Source: Entomortierella parvispora E1425 (lineage: Eukaryota; Fungi; Mortierellomycota). Taken from it: a stretch of DNA of 64,000 nucleotides. This document shows, in pieces, positions 1 to 10,972 of this stretch. The position numbers and the translations under genes are program-made. The stretch spans positions 1,054,001-1,118,000 of the forward strand of contig BQFW01000002.1 in NCBI GenBank assembly GCA_020891255.1, in the 5' to 3' direction. Numbering within the stretch: the stretch's first letter is position 1; every line of letters begins with the position of its first letter. The notes beneath the pieces are model-generated. The model did no database searches, was not told where the DNA came from, and saw only the letters and a list, made by a program, of their open reading frames with translations.

Positions 1-445
1 TCTCTCTTCGATAGATTCCCACGGGTGATCCCCTGATGGCGCCATTCCAGTAGTGCCCTGTGCTAATGCACAGAATTGGGGAAGGGTCCTTCACTTTTTT
101 TGCTCCTGAACTGTGTGCAACTCTAAGTGGATGCAGGCTGGCTTTCAATGTTTTGGCGGACCCATTCACTCTCTGGTCGCGGTTGTGGTACATGTACCTA
201 TCGTACATGCTCATATAGTACCTCCTCAGATATATAATCCCAACCGGACAAACCGGTACCGTTGAGACATCCAACAACGTACTGTAGTGATTCAACATGT
301 CGGTTCATATCTGGACAAAGACCTCTGCACAACTGATACGCGGATTTTTTTGGTGGCGAAACGTGACTGCTGGATACATCGACCCTCCAGGGCATGTGCC
401 AATGCATTCTTTGTTCATTCATACCTGACGACACAATCATTCGCC

Positions 446-1352
446 ATGCCGGCAAGCAGTTTTTACAAGTTTGGACCACACTCAATCTCTGCGGGACAGG
501 TCTTCATGAAGACGACCCACTGCCTGGGACTCGTCAATCTCAAACCTATTCTTCCGTAAGAACACGAGATACGCAGATGCAGGGAGGCGGCGATGCTATG
601 ATTTGACAAAAAGCTGACTCTTTTTCCTTTTGTTTTTTTTCTTTGTTCCAGCGGTCGTAAGGGATAAGAACCACACTGATAAGCATGTGCAGTTTTTTTT
701 ATCGTTGGCAGAAAGCTAACGGACTCTACCTTGGATGTACTCCTGTATGTTAGACGTACTTGTAATCAGTCGACGTAATGTTCCACGATTTCTTGATCTG
801 AGTCCTGAGGAGGTACATTTCTGCATTGTTTTATCATGCGTCCTCTCGGCATGTCGGACGGAAACACATTCGTTCTCAGCTGCAGCAACACTAACAATGC
901 ACTCTCTATTCCACGCCTGCTGTTAGGTCACTGACATGTTTCAATCAGCGCAACGAGTTGGAAAGATCATTGAAAAGGAATACGGGGCAACGTCTTTAAC
1001 GATTGCGTGCCAGGATGGACCAGCAGGTAGTCGGCCCCCCTCGTTGTTCAACAACATTTTCAGCAAAAAAATTGAATTAACGCCCACGTTGCCCCGTTGC
1101 TTTGATGACTTAGCTGGACAAACTGTGCCTCATTGCCATGTCCATGTTATCCCTCGACGACTGGGCGATTTTGAAAACAATGACGATATTTATGACGAGA
1201 TTGCCCGTAGCACTGCCGAGCTCTTGACAAATGATGATGCCATAGCGGCTGCTGGTGCCGCCAAGCATGGCGTCGATTTTGAGGAACGGGCACCGCGGAC
1301 AGAGGAAGAAATGGCTAAAGAGGCAGCCCGACTTGAATCTCTCCTTGCTTGA
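446..1352 (+). CDS. HNT2: Bis(5'-adenosyl)-triphosphatase (FHIT family), 5 exons, 170 aa
   Basis: Exons 446-555, 652-656, 754-812, 927-1026 and 1114-1352 total 513 nt. They give FKFG..VNLKPILPGHVLV..DGPAAGQTVPHCHVHVIPR with an HxHxH triad. All introns are GT-AG. Confidence 0.93.
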
Positions 1353-3862
1353 AAGTAAAAAACGCAGACGGGAGTTTAGATGGGAGTTTAGACGGCAAAG
1401 AGGACAATATATATATCAAAACAAATCATCACAGAAAGCTCGATGGGTCTAGGGCGTGCCTACCAAAACGAGGCAATTTGCCTAGGAATGAACTGAACAG
1501 AGCAGACCAATGTGTGGGCCAGAAAGTATTGGCCTTTTTTATGATTGTGTTGCAGCGGTTTTCCTCATTATCATCATATGTTCAATTAATCATCCAAGCA
1601 ACGCCTTGCTGCGGGCGACATGTTGCACTCTTGCACCAAAACGATTTGTTCGCTTTGAGTGTTGGCTGCGGGAGACACAGTTCCAGAATCGGTGGTGCCT
1701 GCTCAGCAGTTTTTTTTTTAACAAACGATCGTCGGGCAAAGTAAACAAGAGAGGAGTAGTGCGGTTCGACCGCTCGTTCGTCCACTCGTTGCGCACAGCC
1801 CGGAGAGCACTTCCCTCTCTCGTGAAACAAGCAAGAAATCAAAACGGACACTTTCTGGGATCGACCTTTCTGCGGGGCGAATCCAGTTGCATGTGCTTTT
1901 CGTTTTGGGAGGAGATATTATTTCCGAAGACAACCCAAGTTCATTTCCTCTGCGGTACACAGTGAACAGACCCATGTGCAAGAACTGGCAGGGGGAGGGG
2001 CGTTAGAGTTTCTGTTTGGTTTGAGCCTTGTTGTCTTTGGAGTCCGTGTTTGTGTGGGAGTAGAGACAAAAAAAAACAGTCCATGTCGCAGTGGTCCTCT
2101 TTTTCTGCAGCGGCCTTCCTTCTTGTGGTATAGAGCCGCGGATAAAGAAAAGTGGCAAGTCCACTTGCTCTAGGCGGCGCCCTAAGAGAGGGCTACGTTA
2201 AAGAGTACGAGTACAAGCATCTTCGTACGACAGATTTCTTTTTCCTTTTCGCTGTTCGGCCTGAGGATACGGATCGGAGAGATTTCGACTGCGTTACGGG
2301 CAAGGAAACATCACACTAAGAGCAACTGATGTCCTCCAAATGCAGTTCAGGGGGGAAAAGCAACCAAATTCAGCATTCACAAATGGCAACTCAAAAAAAA
2401 GGAAACCCTCTTGGCCTTGGAAGGTGCTGTGTGTTCAATGGAAAGGCCCCATTGCCAGGAGCCGTGATCATGTGCACGGGGATTGTTGGTTTTGGCCAAT
2501 CCAGCGACCAGACCGAATCAAGCCCAGTCTTTTTTTATTTCAAAAAAGAAATGGGCCGTTTTGTTGTCCAGGATAAGGTTACGGGCTGAAAAGGTATGGG
2601 CGGGGACTTCTCGGGAGAGGGTGGAGTCTTTTTGTTTCTGTGGGTGCGCCTGTTTTCTATGTAGCTACTGACATGTATTGGTCCGTTGGGGGCAATTGAC
2701 AACTAAAAGCAAAGAATGGATTCTTGCTCCTCCGCTTCATATCCTCGGACGACAACGGGGAGAGAGGATGGTACCCCACAGGCACTGTCTTGGAGGGCAA
2801 AAACCAGAGAGACAAAGTACGATCCACAGGGACAACAAGTTCCATCATCTCTCTACTTCAAAGCACGAGACATGGGACGGCCTGAACCTTGGTCCCTGAA
2901 CCCGATTGTCCGAGAGCGTGCACAGTGCGTGCGCACTGCTTGCGTGGGGCGGCAAGGTAAGCAACATGGGCCACATCCATCCAGATTTCGATAATCTCCA
3001 ACAGTCGCATCTCCCTCCAATTGCCCAAGGAGGCAAGGAGAGGAACAAAGAGCAGAAAAAAAGTAAGCGTCAAACACATGAATAATCGGAGAGAAGAATC
3101 AACAAAGGAGACAGCACAACACAAGAGCAAGGGTACAGAGGGCCGCGTGGGCGTGGAGAGAAGAGACAGCGAGAGCACAACTGTTGGTGTGTGCCAAGTA
3201 CGCAGTCGGTCAGAGTCCGGAACAAGGACGGGGTGCGTTTTGGAGTGTGGAGACACAGCTTAACCATCCTTAGATCGATCAAGCAGACAAGGACAGGTTT
3301 GATTTGCGATGGCACACGATACATGATTAGGAAGAGAGTCTGCTGTCAAGGGTGGGGAAAACGGATGCAGCCAGCAAGCGAGGTCCAGGGGCCCTTTTTT
3401 CTTTATCAAACTCGTTGTCTTCTATCTATCGCGCCACAATCGCAGATAGAGGGGGGTATGATTTTGCTCTTGGCGCCCGCCTTGGCCTTGTAGTTTGCAA
3501 CACTGTTTCGCTTTGTAGGGTGGGGCAGAGACGAGAAAAGAGAGAAGAGGCGAGAGGTTCTTCGCCATGAAGAACAGAATCAACAGCGATGGCAGCGGTG
3601 ATGGGGATGCTGTGATCTAAAACCCCCCTTTTTGCTGCCTTCTTCCTTCCAATGTGCACCCTCAGGGCCTGTCCTCTGCTCGATATCCATCTCCTTTTCC
3701 CCAGCGATGGTCCTCGATGGCGATATCGGCCCGTGGACCAATGGCAGCGCGCCTGAGCAAACGCATGCGGCTCCGGCGAGAGGACGGCAAGCTGAAACCT
3801 TGTTTGTCCACACAAAAGATCTCTCCGGCGGGTCGGAGGAGGATTGGAGCGCTGGCCAAAGA

Positions 3863-3869
3863 TATAAAA
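3863..3869 (+). promoter_or_regulatory. TATA box (TATAAAA) of the bZIP gene, followed by a long CT-rich leader
   Basis: Exact TATAAAA. The pyrimidine-rich stretch downstream has no ATG until 4151. Confidence 0.55.
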
Positions 3870-4150
3870 GCCTCGCCCCTTTCCCAGCCTTCCCCTCTCT
3901 TTTCTCTTCTTGTTCTTCACTTCTGCCCACCCCTTTCAACCTTCAGCTCTCTTTCGCTTTCGCTCGCATTCTCTTGCTCTCGCTCGCCTTTTTTGTCTTT
4001 GACAACCGCTCTTTCTCTCTTCTCGTTTTTTTTGCCTTTGTAGCATCCACCCTTCCTCGAAGCCCCTGTTGCGCTTTCGAGTCTTTCTCTCTTTTTTTTA
4101 TTTTTTTTATTTTAACCATACCCATTTTCCACTTCACCCATATCGTCAAG

Positions 4151-4171
4151 ATGTTGTCCATTATTGCTTAA
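4151..4171 (+). other. uORF1 (MLSIIA*) in the GCN4-like leader
   Basis: ATG TTG TCC ATT ATT GCT TAA, with A at -3. It is the first ATG after the TATA box. Confidence 0.7.
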
Positions 4172-4287
4172 GCGTTTCTCCCCCCTCGAACTTCTCTCCA
4201 ATCTCACCAGAACAACCTCAATTCTCTCTCAAACCTACTCGCAGACTTCTCGTCTCTCTCTCTCTCTTTCTCTCTCTTTACTCTCAC

Positions 4288-4315
4288 TCTCAAATCTCAA
4301 ATCTCAAATCTCAAA
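4288..4315 (+). repeat. (TCTCAAA)x4 tandem repeat directly abutting the uORF2 ATG
   Basis: Four perfect 7-mers ending at 4315, with ATG at 4316. Confidence 0.9.
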
Positions 4316-4426
4316 ATGGCTTTCTCTTGCCCCCCCTCTCCTCAACCTGCAACAAACAACTTCAACAGATTCACTCAGCCCAAGACCTCCTTTGATAGAC
4401 ACCGACCCACAAAACAACCGTCGTAA
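4316..4426 (+). other. uORF2 (36 codons, MAFSCPPSPQP...KQPS*) in the GCN4-like leader
   Basis: aaaATGg context, out of frame with the main ORF, ends CCG TCG TAA. No other ATG lies between it and 4587. Confidence 0.7.
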
Positions 4427-4586
4427 AGCACATACTCTACCGTAGAACCTTTTCAACTAGCCCTTTTTCTCTTCATTTTCTCTCCCTGTCCACTGCCTCT
4501 GTTCAATTTCTCTTGATTTTTGATCAATCGTACCCCAAAGAAAAAACGCACCACTTCTCTCTCCTTCCTTCATTTCATCCAAGAAA

Positions 4587-5955
4587 ATGAACAAGAACAA
4601 CTCTAACACCGGCGCCATCTTCGCCGAGCGCCTGCTCAAGTCGGCGGATTCGCTCGACTTTGCGCTGTCCAGCCCAGGTAAGATACTCCCCTTTTTATAT
4701 CTTTCATCTCGCGTGGCACGGTTGATTTCTTGACTCATGTGACTGGGAAATGACTCGTTCCTGTCACCTCTCTGTTTGCTCAGAGCCCATCTGTGTGTGT
4801 GCACGAACTGAACCTAACATGTCCTGAACTCTGCTTCTTCACTCAATAGACAAGAAAGGCCTTTCTCGACAAGGCCTGATCGATTTTGGCAGCCTTGACA
4901 CCGTCTTCGGCTCCTCTGAGCTCTCAGCCACTCTTTTTGACGACTGGCTCTCCAACGACCTCGAGCAAGCCGGGTTCTCCAGCCAAGACGATTCGTCTTC
5001 GGATTCCGACTCGAACAGCCACAGTCCTGTCTTGTCCTCCAAGAGTGACTCGCCCGTCGTGGGCTTCGACTCGATTTCCTCCGACGCTGAGCTGGTTCAA
5101 TCCCCCGGGTTTGAATCGACTATGGCGTTCTTTCCTGATATGCCTGCTCCTTCCCGCGATTTCGGGTCGGCGATTTCGAGCAGTAACAGTGCGCCCATGT
5201 TGCCATTGACTCCCGAGGCTGTTCAGCAAGCTGCCGCTGCCCTGAACATCCCTTGGTCCAAAGGATTGGAGGAGGCGGTGTTGGCTCAATCTTTGTTGGC
5301 GTCCTTCCCAATGGCCATGCCATTGTCTGTTCGCCAGCCAGCTACGCCAATTGCTCCTGCTACGCCTGCTGCCGGCATTTCTGCTTCGGCCTTGGCAAAC
5401 TTGCTGCCAAAGCACGGAGCTAGTATCAATGTCGCCCATGAGTCTGCCATGGACACACCTATGTCGCCCATGACACCCACCTCACCCATGAGCGAGCGCG
5501 CCCAATCCGCGACACCCTCCCTGCCACCTTCCACGCCAAGACTGTCCATTTTGAGCTGCACTCAGACTCGCTTGCCTGTTGCCGGTGCTAGCACCACCGT
5601 CCATGCCACGACCTACAAGAGCTCGTACCGCTCTGCTTCTTTGAAGAGAGATCGCGAGTTTGAGGAGCCACCATCGGTGCTCGATGGCAAGGATATCTCC
5701 GAGATGGACGAGGTGTCACTGAAGCGCGCCAAGAACACGGATGCCGCCCGTCGCTCCCGCCACAAGAAGCTGGTGAAGATGGAAAGCTTGGAGCAACGTG
5801 TCGCTGAACTCGAGGTCGAGAACTCGATGTTCGAAAGCAAACTGAACGAGGTCGAGTTGGAACGTTCGTTGCTTGCCGACAAGGATCAGATGCAACAGGC
5901 GCGCATCCAAGAGTTGGAGCAGCTTCTTTCCTCCTTGAGGGAAAAGCTTTACTAA
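4587..5955 (+). CDS. GCN4: GCN4/CpcA-like bZIP transcription factor, 2 exons, 398 aa
   Basis: Exons 4587-4677 and 4850-5955. C-terminal basic region KRAKNTDAARRSRHKK followed by a leucine zipper. Acidic LFDDWL cluster near the N-terminus, and uORFs in the leader. Confidence 0.85.
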
Positions 5956-6111
5956 GAAGAAGAACATTCATTATCATTATCAGAAATCATTTTTTTTATT
6001 CCACAAAAATTTCAGTAATAAACATCATCACATTTTTTTTTAAAAAAAAAGGGGGAAAGTGGAAAAAGTGGAAAAGTGGAAGATCTTTCCTTCGGTGTGG
6101 ACTCTGAGCGC

Positions 6112-6910
6112 CTAAAAGTTCTCGATCAAGTTGTTGTCGTGGCGATATTTGACAAGATCGGCAATGGTGATAAGTTTGAGGCCATGTTCTTTCGCGAATT
6201 TGTAGCAATCGTCGCGACGCGCCATCGAGCCGACCCTGTCATTGTTCACCAGCTCGCAGAGGACGGCCACAGGCTGCAGCTTTGCCAATTTGCAAAGATC
6301 AATGGCAGCCTCAGTGTGGCCGACTCGATTGATCGATCCTCCCTCGACGGGCTTCAATGGCAGGATGTGACCCGGTCGATTAAAATCCCGGGCCTTCATG
6401 GCTGGATTGGCCAACGATCGGCAGGTCAACGCGCGATCATGGGCCGAAATCCCTGTGGAGGTGCCATGCGCAAAATCGACAGAGATCGTGTAGGCGGTGC
6501 GCATCAGCTCCTGGTTGTAGGGCACCATCAGAGGCAGCTCAAGCTCTTTGAGTCTTGCAGGGTCCGCAGGGACGCAGACATAGCCACTGGAGTGGCGGAT
6601 GAGGAAGGCCATTTGTTCGGTCGTGATCTTCTCCGCAGCAATGATCAGATCTCCCTCGTTCTCGCGGTCCTCATTGTCAACAACCAAGACAAACTTTCCG
6701 TCCGCTATTTAAAAAGAGCCGGAAGGAAGGGAAAGGGGTGTGGAAGTGTGGAGAACATGTTAGAGAAGCAATTGGTGCAAGTACAAAAGAAATAGGGTCT
6801 GATCGGTTTTGCGCAGCAGGGCTTTTGTTGGAACCAGCTCTTTTACCGATATCTTGCACAGCACTCTCAATAGAGTCAAAGTGGACAGCGTTGGGCAATT
6901 CTTGGACCAT
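6112..6910 (-). CDS. RIB3: 3,4-dihydroxy-2-butanone 4-phosphate synthase, 2 exons, 218 aa
   Basis: Exons 6910-6847 and 6704-6112. Motifs VVDNEDRENEGDL, TGISAHDR, RPGHILPL and GHTEAAIDL. Confidence 0.96.
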
Positions 6911-7776
6911 GATGGATTTTTTTATCAAAGTGGAATGAGAGGATGCCGGGGTAAGAAGTTTTTGGTGAAGAATAAGGAATAGAATGTGAGAAGGATGAAA
7001 GGGAGAGGGAGCGATGGAAAAAAAAATGTGGACGCTTTTATGGGAAAAAAATGGTGCTCTTTCTCTGCAAGGGCCCGCGACAAAATGGTCATTGCCGATT
7101 TCATTCGCCGCCAGTCTCATTGACACATTGACGGCGTGCTGGCTCTGGAGAGGAGAGAGGTAGGGGAGGGAAAAAGGCTGTTGATGGATCGTAGCAACAT
7201 TACAGGCCTTCCGATTGATCGATTTTCACCAGTACGAGACTGTTGTCGTCCGTTGTAAAAAGAGCGTCGCGCAAATAAGCATTGAAGTGATGGTCAATTG
7301 CGCAGTGAACGGAGAAGACACGACCTTTTCACCGACGGTGAGGACCAAGACTTTTGAAAATGCGGCAGTGGCAGGCCCTTATACCGTGGCACCCTGCCTT
7401 TAACTGTATCTTGAGCGGTCCTCCTTGCTAACACGTTGGCTCACCCCTGCACCCTTCTTTGCAAAGGCAAGATGGCTTTGGTTAGGTTTTCTGACAAAAG
7501 ATCAAGTAGAGCGAGTCGCCCCCCTCTCTCTTTCCGGCCTATGGCTTTGTGTCCAGAACATAGGACGAAAAACAGACCTCTAAATTCCATCTTTGGATCT
7601 ACTGTGGTTTACGAGTCGTCGAGCCCCGATATCAAGCTACGCAACTCCCATCGACGCCGAATATCCTCAATCTTCTGGAAATGCAACCCTGCACTGTTAT
7701 TTTCAAGAGGTCTTTGGTACCTTCCAGACCCCCACCTTTATTCGCCAGTTTTCCTCTCAGGATGAAGCTCATGGTT

Positions 7777-8010
7777 CTAAGGGGTGCCTCCTTGAAGATG
7801 TTGCAACCCTTGATACGCCTGATGGAAGGCTTTACTTCCGGTCGACCTAAGGTCATTGAGAAACGACCCTCCGTGGTGGCCTGATCCTGATGCCTGTTCG
7901 CATGGCACAATCGTAGGTCGATTCCCATTGGAGTTGTACACACCCGGGGCAGGTGCGGCGTAGGCGATGCTGAGCAGAACAAGGAAACAAATGAACTTTG
8001 TGTTGACCAT
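7777..8010 (-). CDS. Putative small secreted protein (77 aa)
   Basis: Signal-peptide-like N-terminus MVNTKFICFLVLLSIAYA|AP, accATGg context, and TATAAATA 53-60 nt upstream. Confidence 0.55.
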   Translation of the reverse strand: MVNTKFICFLVLLSIAYAAPAPGVYNSNGNRPTIVPCEQASGSGHHGGSFLNDLRSTGSKAFHQAYQGLQHLQGGTP

Positions 8011-8062
8011 GGTTGAAGTGGGAGGGTATGAAAGTGCTTGGCAAGTGAATATCAGATCTTTG

Positions 8063-8070
8063 TATTTATA
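8063..8070 (-). promoter_or_regulatory. TATA box (TATAAATA) upstream of the small secreted ORF
   Basis: Plus-strand TATTTATA at 8063-8070. Confidence 0.5.
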
Positions 8071-8855
8071 CGTGTCATGAATGTGTTCTGGGAGATGAAG
8101 TTCTATAGCGAACGACGAACGGAGATTCTATGCGTTTAAGCGACAGCTCATAGAGAGAGTTCATAGAGAGGAGCTGTCTTTGCAGGGCCACTACAAAGAT
8201 CGAATGACAGAAATAAGATGACTAGTGCGCTATCGATGCGAGCGCGTCGTCGATGTGGTCAAGGGGCCATCAACCAGCCCGATTCGAGGTGAAGTGTCAC
8301 CTGGCGATGCACCATCGGATGCCTTTCAGGCTGCATGAGTGCTCTCCTGTATTGCTGCGTGATAAGGCTCACTCTAGGAGCAAGCCGTCGCGTTCACTAG
8401 CGAGGATGAGGATGATAAGCAGCAGACTGTGGGTTTATCAAAGGACGGGCTTGGAGTCCAGCATCAGAACGGTCGTCTTGATTCTGTAGAACTTGGTTAT
8501 CCTGACCTTTCAGTCTGGCCCCTTGGCTAGTTGTATCAAGGTCATGCTCAAGCAACTTCAGTTTGGACACTATTCGAAGCATCCAACTACGCCAGGGATA
8601 AATCATGGGCTCCCAACAGCACTCGGTGTGGACTTGTGATCGATCATTAGGTTGCTTGAGCGCGTTATTTCGCTATCCAGGACAGGTGGCATTCCAATCT
8701 AACCTTGGGTTAAAGATGCACAGCTACGCCGCCGACGCGAGAGATTACAAAAACAAGACGAGACAGGTAGACTGAGATAACGAGGATGACGAGGCGAACC
8801 TCCACTGACCCATCGGGAGTAGGGTTCACAAGGGCCACCCGCCACGGCGACGAGT

Positions 8856-8876
8856 AGTCACGTGACTCTCGCGCGA
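8856..8876. promoter_or_regulatory. Adjacent palindromes AGTCACGTGACT (E-box) and TCGCGCGA (MCB/E2F-like) in the RFC3 promoter
   Basis: Both seen directly 130-150 bp upstream of the RFC3 ATG. A further ACGCGAA lies near 8920. Confidence 0.45.
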
Positions 8877-9005
8877 ATCGTGGCGGTGGCTTTTCGCAAA
8901 CATCGAAAGAGTTCAGTTGACGCGAACCGCCCTTGGGTCCAGCCTGCTGTCATTCAAGCTTCTTGCCATCAACCTTCATTGCCACGCTAAACAGGAACCG
9001 ACATC

Positions 9006-10879
9006 ATGGACGAAGACCAGGTCATGACCGATGCCCCCACTGTGGAGACCGTCAATGCCTTCACTGCTCTCGGCAGTAAGGGAAAAGGAAAATATGTCGA
9101 GCCCACCGCTGCCTCTGACGAGACTCTGCCCTGGTAACGTAAACGTCCATCGAGAGGTCAATTGGCCGTTGACATGCAGTTGGAAGCAGCATGACAATAG
9201 GAAACCAGAAGAAGGAGGAAAATGGAGGGAGTGGAGGGGGTTTGTCAAACCGAGCAAAAAGGGTTTGAATGAGCTTCATTGGAGTACTGACGAACTTGTT
9301 ACATTCGTCCTTCAATTGATTCTGTAGGGTTGAAAAGTACAGACCAGTTACACTTGACGACTTAGTCTCCCACAAGGATATCACGTCCACCAGTACGTCC
9401 CATGTCAATGTGCAGTTTGTTGTCAGGACGTCCGCTTACGAGAAGAGGCAACTCACGGACTTTTTTCTTTTCTTTTATTGCTCTAGTCGAGAGGTTCATT
9501 GACGAAAACAGATTGCCTCATATGCTCCTCTATGGACCTCCAGGAACAGGAAAGACATCAACTATCTTGGCCTGTGCTCGCAAGTTGTATGGTCCCATGT
9601 GGAAGAGCATGACCATGGAGGTAAAAAAAAGCCGCAGGATCAAGTTATGTGAAGCAGAGCCGGAGAACGCAAAAGCATACGGAGGATCTGACCCTTCATC
9701 CTCTATTTTAGCTGAACGCATCGGATGACCGTGGTATTGAGGTTGTGAGAGAGCAGATCAAGAACTTTGCTAGTACGAAAAAGATCTTCGGCTCTGGATT
9801 CAAGTTGATTATCTTGGATGAAGCTGATATGATGACCCAGACAGCTCAGAACGCCTTGAGACGCGGTAAGTCGGGGCCCCATGGATCGAAATCAGGAAGA
9901 TTCGCAGCCTTGGCAGAAGAACTTGGCCCTTCAAGCCTTTGTGGAATAGCTGATCTGATTATTTTCAACAATTTCTTTTCGATTTTATTTCTGGAATAGT
10001 TGTTGAAAAGTACACACGGAATGTCCGTTTCTGCATTATCTGCAACTATGTCAGCAAGATCATCCCAGCGCTGCAGTCAAGGTGCACGCGTTTCCGATTC
10101 GGACCCTTGGGAATGGAGCAGGTGGACTCACGACTGAACTATATCATCGAGAACGAGCAGTAGGGATATTTGCAGTGGACTCGGAAAAGTACGGCAGTGT
10201 CGTATAGAATCTGTGTGTAACATCTTTCAATTGTCCCCAACAATACTATAGCGTCAACATCACACCAGAAGGAAGGAAGGCGCTCTTGCAGTTGTCTAAG
10301 GGCGATATGAGACGCGCCTTGAACATCTTGCAGGCTTGTCATGCAGGTTACGATGTCGTGGACGAGGATGCCGTCTACAACTGCACAGGAAACCCTCACC
10401 CTGCCGATATCGAGACAATTGTGAGCGGAATGCTGACAGACGACTTTACAACAGCTTACTCCAGTACGTATTCCAATGGATTTCTCGTAGGATGACTGGC
10501 CCGAAAGATTGACGCCGTTTGCTTTGCCTACTGACATGTCATCATCGCCTTCCAAATAGATATTTCTTATTTGAAGACGATCAAGGGAATGGCGCTGCAG
10601 GACATTTTGACCGAGGTGTACAACTACCTTGAGCTGATTGAGCTGCCAGGGAACGCGAGAGTTTATCTTTTGGATAAGATGGCGGATGTCGAGTAAGTCC
10701 CCCTCCTCCCCTACCAATTTCATTCTTCATACATCCGAGGAGAGTTGAAAGAGTAAATTCTAATAGTGCCAATTCCTTGTAATAATAGATACAAACTGTC
10801 AACAGGTGCAAACGAGAAGATGCAGTTGACGTCTTTGATCGGATCTTTTAGAATCGGCGCCGATCTCATGCAGAAGTAA
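9006..10879 (+). CDS. RFC3: Replication factor C small subunit (yeast Rfc3 / human RFC5 type), multi-exon
   Basis: Spliced product contains [20 protein letters not shown] (Walker A), [15 protein letters not shown] and the SRC motif. Stop TAA at 10877-10879. Confidence 0.93.
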
Positions 10880-10972
10880 CAAAAAAGAAAAAAAAAAGTT
10901 CTTGGCCAAGCACCAACCAGTCGTCGGCACCATGTTTGAATAAAATAATGTATAATACTCTATTATTGTCCC

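Noticed and set aside
1-208. Minus-strand frame MYDRYMYHNRDQ... open to the window edge, divergent from HNT2
   Set aside because: 69 codons with no recognisable motif. It cannot be told apart from chance without the adjacent sequence.
1761-1773. GCGG-TTCGA-CCGC hairpin resembling a tRNA T-arm
   Set aside because: The loop is 5 nt rather than 7, and there is no acceptor, D or anticodon arm.
1349-3630. Overlapping ORFs upstream of the bZIP gene
   Set aside because: Low-complexity or antisense artefacts with no domain or splice support.
4423-4540. Hypothetical intron (GTAAAG...AAG) that would fuse uORF2 in frame to the bZIP ORF
   Set aside because: Weak AAG acceptor, no branch consensus, and a 1-in-3 chance of frame match. 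It needs junction reads.
8142-8178. 8-bp inverted repeat GACAGCTC/GAGCTGTC around a CATAGAGAG duplication
   Set aside because: Too short, and no ncRNA or transposon context.
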